Source: Eledone cirrhosa
Taxonomy: Eukaryota
DNA length: 64,000 bases
Assembly: GCA_964016885.1 (NCBI GenBank)
Contig: OZ024760.1
Coordinates: forward strand, 26,350,001 to 26,414,000
Reading direction: 5' to 3'
Shown: piece by piece, positions 58,575-64,000 of the stretch
Layout: each line of letters starts with the position of its first letter
Numbering within the stretch: the stretch's first letter is position 1
Program-made: the position numbers and the translations under genes
Notes under the pieces: model-generated
Seen by the model: only the letters and a program-made list of their open reading frames with translations
The model's database searches: none
Told to the model about the DNA's origin: nothing

Positions 58575-58948
58575 ATGGTGGCTGCCAACTCGTTTTCGAG
58601 TACGGCCACTACTTTATATCCATGTAGGAGAACCCCTGCCGATGCGCTGAACGAGTGTGACTTTTTAGTCCAGCCAGCGACTTGAAAACTCTGGTACAAA
58701 CACTACACTTGTGACAATTATTGACACATAGTGCTGGGCCCATGGTACCATGTGACGACAAGTGCAGAGAGATCTCCAGATATAAAGCAATGCCTGTGCC
58801 GTGAAGCTTTTATAATGAGCAAAGGCACTGCACAAAGCCAGTCCCACTCTTTAAACCAAGATGATATTTACCAAAAAGAAAAACAAGTCAACATCATTAG
58901 ATACCATCAGGGTTGCAGGTGTTATATCAGAGTTTTCCTTCTCCTAGA
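58575..58948 (-). mobile_element. Bipartite non-autonomous RTE element, 5'-truncated
   Basis: HKCSVCTRVFKSLAGLKSHTRSAH at ~58712-58641. Confidence 0.78.
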
Positions 58949-58960
58949 TACATACATACA

Positions 58961-59004
<44 letters not shown>

Positions 59005-59299
59005 TGCGTGTGGCTGAGTGGCTAGAGAATTGGATTCGTAATCGTGAGGTTGTGAGTTCTATTCCCATACCGATTGATGCGTTATGTCCTTGAGCAAGAC
59101 ACTTTATTTCATGTTGCTCCTTCTATATATATGTATGTATATATATATATATAATGTGTGTGTGTCTGTATGTAAAAGGTAAAGAGAAATAACAACACAA
59201 TCGGTACAGTATATGGAAGGGATATATTAGGTTAACGCTTGATATAGCAGGAAGAGGTTCTTAACGTTTCGGATGCTAGTCCTTCATCATGTATACATA

Positions 59300-59345
<46 letters not shown>

Positions 59346-59419
59346 GTACGTATATGTATATATATATATATATATATATGTACGTATATGTATATATATA
59401 CACTTATGGTTATATGAAA

Positions 59420-59458
<39 letters not shown>

Positions 59459-59690
59459 TGTATATGTGTGATATAGGTGGTATCAACCGTAAAAATGATA
59501 TCTATCACCATTTAAATATTGTTTTCTTTCCCTGTATTCGTTTTCTTTTGAACAATAAAGACTACTACTATATATATTATTCAAAATATTAATAATATTA
59601 CTAACTCCAGAAAACTTCTTTGTAGAGTGCTTTTAATCTGTTGTAAAACTATATTCATTGAGTAATCAATGAACTATATCAATCTTTGAT

Positions 59691-59717
<27 letters not shown>

Positions 59718-59721
<4 letters not shown>

Positions 59722-60000
59722 GTTCAATCATCTGGCAGGAACGTATACGTTGCTGACGATAGCTAATAAGCTTGAAACTAGTACATCGGTCCTTTGTCAG
59801 TGTTGAACAAAAGGGCAACGATGGTTGCTAGACACTGTACGGCTTAATTCGGGATGTTTGTTTACAACCACACCGAGCATTATAATAAATGTTCGGTGAA
59901 TCCATACGTACATATATATATGTGTGCATGTATGTATATATATATACATACTACTGTACGTCTGTATACATATATGTATGTACGTATACATACTTATATA
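59718..60000 (+). mobile_element. Family P2 copy with HHR at 59747-59789
   Basis: ACGTTG-CTGACGA-T-AGCT AATA AGCT-T-GAAA-CTAG-TA-CATCGG. Confidence 0.8.
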
Positions 60001-60325
60001 TGTATATATATATATTCTTAGATATACATGTATATACAAATATAGACACAGACACACATTCACGTATATATATATATGTGAATGTGTGTGTATATATATA
60101 CAAATATACATATATATATATATATACACACACGCACATAAACACTCATATATATATATATATATATATTTAGATATACATATATATATAAATATAGAAA
60201 CAGACACACACATTCTCACACACATCCACTTATATATGTGAATGTGTGTGTATATATAAATATATATATATATATATATACATATATACACATTCACCCA
60301 CACATATAAATATGTGTGCTTTTGA

Positions 60326-60380
<55 letters not shown>

Positions 60381-60792
60381 CATATGTTTCTGTGAATCAA
60401 GAGAGAAAGTATGCATGTATGCGCATGTGCAAGTATGCATTCATTCCAAACATACGCATAAAAACCAAGTTTTATACGGAACTGTCAGTTTCTAGATAAT
60501 GGTTGAATCTCGAAGATCCATTACGAGATTTTGGCGCGTGCTGACGGTGTCACGTGATAATTTTATAGGACAGATGGTAGAGAGAACAGTGGAATCCCTG
60601 ATGGGGACAATTGTCTTGCTGACACGTTACACTGCTTAACTATACTAAACTTATAAAGATGGCGTCTGGGTGATGAGGAGGTGGAGGAGCTGGAGGGGGG
60701 GGGGTTGTAATAAGCTTAATTTCGACAGACAGACAGACAGACAGACGACAGACGGAAAGACACTAAGACAGACCGGCAGCTGGATATATACA

Positions 60793-60843
<51 letters not shown>

Positions 60844-60965
60844 GTGTGGGGGAGAGTATAATATATGGATGGCTGAAACAGGTAAAAGAGTAAAAGAATA
60901 TATATATGTATATATATATATATAAATACATACATAAATATTTAGGTATATATACATGTGTATAT

Positions 60966-61032
<67 letters not shown>

Positions 61033-61112
61033 TATATAGAGAGGGGGAGATATTTAGGAAGATAGATAGATAGAAACATGCATGTATATTTGAAAATATG
61101 TATGCATTGATA

Positions 61113-61160
<48 letters not shown>

Positions 61161-61430
61161 ATATATATATATATATTATATATATATATATATATACATA
61201 TATATTGTTATACTTGGGAGGGTCAAATCAAATTGTTGTAATATTGTTGTAATAATAACAAAACACACACACACACACATATATATATTTATATATATAT
61301 ATACATGTATACATGTATATTTAGGCATATATATACATGTATGTATATTTAGGCATATATATATATACATGTATGTATATACATATGTGTATATGTACAC
61401 AAATTATTAATATATATATATATATATATT

Positions 61431-61464
<34 letters not shown>

Positions 61465-61470
61465 AATATA

Positions 61471-61545
<75 letters not shown>

Positions 61546-61802
61546 GTATGTGTGTGCTGGTGCGTGTGTACGCAGGACAAGGTAAACAGTGTTGGCATCC
61601 AATATTGATAAAATGAATCAGAAAACTAAATCTTGTATAGACGTTGAAGAGTTCCACCGGAAGTAAACGACAAGTACACGGGTCTGTGACAAGAGATGTC
61701 TCCACGGAGTTACAACGGATTCTCCAAGTATTTCTCTTTCTCTTCCACATTGTTCCTATGAAGTCAATTTCCATTGCCTACCCTCCATCAACTACTTCAC
61801 CA

Positions 61803-61938
<136 letters not shown>

Positions 61939-62004
61939 GTTTCTGTGTGCATATATATAATATATATAAATATATATATATAATATATATATAATATATA
62001 TATA

Positions 62005-62043
<39 letters not shown>

Positions 62044-62113
62044 TATAGTGTGTGTATATATATATATATATATATAATATATATTATATATATGCACACA
62101 GACACACAGAAAC

Positions 62114-62146
<33 letters not shown>

Positions 62147-62194
62147 TTAACTTGTGTGTGTGTGTGTGTGTAAATACTCCAGTAGACTGTCATC

Positions 62195-63090
62195 ATCACC
62201 ACCACCTCCAGCACTATTCCACCACCACCTCCAGCACTATACCACCACCACACCAGCACCACCACACCTCCACCACCACTATACCACCACCACCACCACC
62301 ACTATACCACTACCACAGTGCCACCACCACCACCACCACCACCACAGTACCACCACCACCACAGTACCTCCATCACCACCACCACCTCTATACCACTACC
62401 ACAGTACCACCACCACCACCAAAGTACCTCCACCACCACCACCAAAGTACCTCCACCACCACCACTATACCACTACCACAGTACCACCACCACCACCACT
62501 GTACCTCCACCACCACCACCATCACCACCACCACCAACACAGTACCTCCACCACCACTATACCACTACCACAGTACCACCACCACCACCAAAGTACCTCC
62601 ACCACCACCACCACCACTATACCACTACCACAGTACCACCACTACCACCACTGTACCTCCACCACCACCACCACCACCACCACCACCACCACCACCACAG
62701 TACCTCCACCACCACAAACTATACCACTACCACAGTACCACCACTACCACCACATTACCTCCACCACCACCACCACCACTATACCACTACCACAGTACCA
62801 CCACCACCACCACCACCACCACCACCACCACCACCACCACCACAGTACCTCCACCACCACAAACTATACCACTACCACAGTACCACCACTACCACCACTG
62901 TACCTCCACCACCACCACCACCACTATACCACTACCACAGTACCTCCACCACCACCACCACCACTATACCACTACCACAGTACCACCACCACCACCACCA
63001 CCACTATACCACTACCACAGTACCACCACCACCACCACCACCACTATACCACTACCACAGTACCACCACCACCACCACCACCACCACCAT
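62195..63090. repeat. Minisatellite ACCACTATACCACTACCACAGTACC(ACC)n
   Basis: Direct reading; source of the 315-632-aa pseudo-ORFs. Confidence 0.9.
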
Positions 63091-63229
63091 ATCTACTATA
63101 GCACTACCATTTATCTCTGTCTTAAAGATCCACGGATGTCAAAGACAGGATTATGGCTCCGACATTTTCCTTGTCAACAATTCACTACACAAAAACTGTA
63201 TCAATTTGCTTTCAATTTGCTGTTTCCCC

Positions 63230-63264
63230 CTCTCTCTCTCCCTCTATTTATCTATTCCAGACTC

Positions 63265-63311
<47 letters not shown>

Positions 63312-63674
63312 CTCTATTTATCTATTCCAGACTCTCTCTCTCTCTCCCTCTATCTCTCTCTCTCTCTATTTATCTATTCCAGACTCTCTCTCTCTATCTC
63401 TCTCTCTCTATTTATCTATTCCAGACTCTCTCTCTCTCTCTCTATTTATTTATCTATTCCAGACTCTCTCTCTCTCTCTATTTATCTATTCCAGACTCTC
63501 TCCCTCTCTCTCTCTATCTATCTCTATCTATTCATCTATTCCAGACTCTCTATCTCTCTATCTATCTATGTATCTATTCCAGACTCTCTCTCTCTATTTA
63601 TCTATTCCAGACTCTCTCTTTATATCTATCTATTTATCTATTCGAGACTCTCTCTCTCTCTCTCTCTCACTCAC

Positions 63675-63741
<67 letters not shown>

Positions 63742-63781
63742 TTATCTATTCCAGACCCTCTCTCTCTATTTATCTATTCCA

Positions 63782-63840
<59 letters not shown>
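63230..63840. repeat. Minisatellite TATTTATCTATTCCAGA with variable (CT)n
   Basis: Constant core repeated more than 12 times with (CT)n/(CTAT)n spacers. Confidence 0.9.
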
Positions 63841-63842
<2 letters not shown>

Positions 63843-64000
63843 TCTCGACTTTCTCTCTTTCTACCCTGTGTCTGACTTCAATGGAAGGCTCAATGTTCTC
63901 TCCACCAAATCTCTAACATACAGAGTGAACCAAACAAATCTAGATTAACAGAGATTATCTGCACAATTGGAAGATAAAACCTCCCTCTAGGGGGAGGGGG

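Noticed and set aside
58641-58712. C2H2 zinc-finger gene exon
   Set aside because: A single finger at the 3' end of a multi-copy RTE-derived repeat, with no linker or finger array.
59006-59120. tRNA gene
   Set aside because: A and B boxes run into a SINE core and there is no complete cloverleaf.
63230-63840. Constant repeat with variable spacers (CRISPR-like)
   Set aside because: Spacers are only (CT)n/(CTAT)n of variable length.
62050-63948. 632-, 507- and 315-aa Pro/Thr/His-rich ORFs (extensin- or mucin-like)
   Set aside because: Open in all three frames across ACC and CT minisatellites; no domain or splice structure.

Overview
64 kb of AT-rich, repeat-saturated animal genomic DNA with one 200-N gap (12071-12270). 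The tRNA-headed SINE families resemble those I recall from octopod cephalopods (inference, not a database match). I find no host protein-coding exon. Almost every ORF in the track is a translation of (TA)n, (CA)n, (GA)n, (ACC)n, (AAC)n or (AAG)n. The only real coding remnants are retroelement C-termini: a Penelope-like GIY-YIG endonuclease (two copies), RTE-type LINE 3' ends, and CRE and R4/Dong restriction-like endonuclease ends. The window also holds SINEs, hAT and mariner MITEs, and a non-autonomous Helitron. Three patterns stand out. (1) About 14 minimal type-I hammerhead ribozyme (HHR) motifs from about 9 sequence families, nearly all in fold-back insertions within (TA)n. They include an ORF-less ~425-bp HHR tandem unit that looks like a retrozyme, and two families with a U3-A8 compensated core. 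(2) Head-to-tail amplification of 79-170-bp units inside six unrelated transposon remnants. (3) Short unique islands every few kb carrying YY1/Pho (CGCCATNTT), ETS, E-box, CRE, CTCF and RFX motifs, with no gene nearby.
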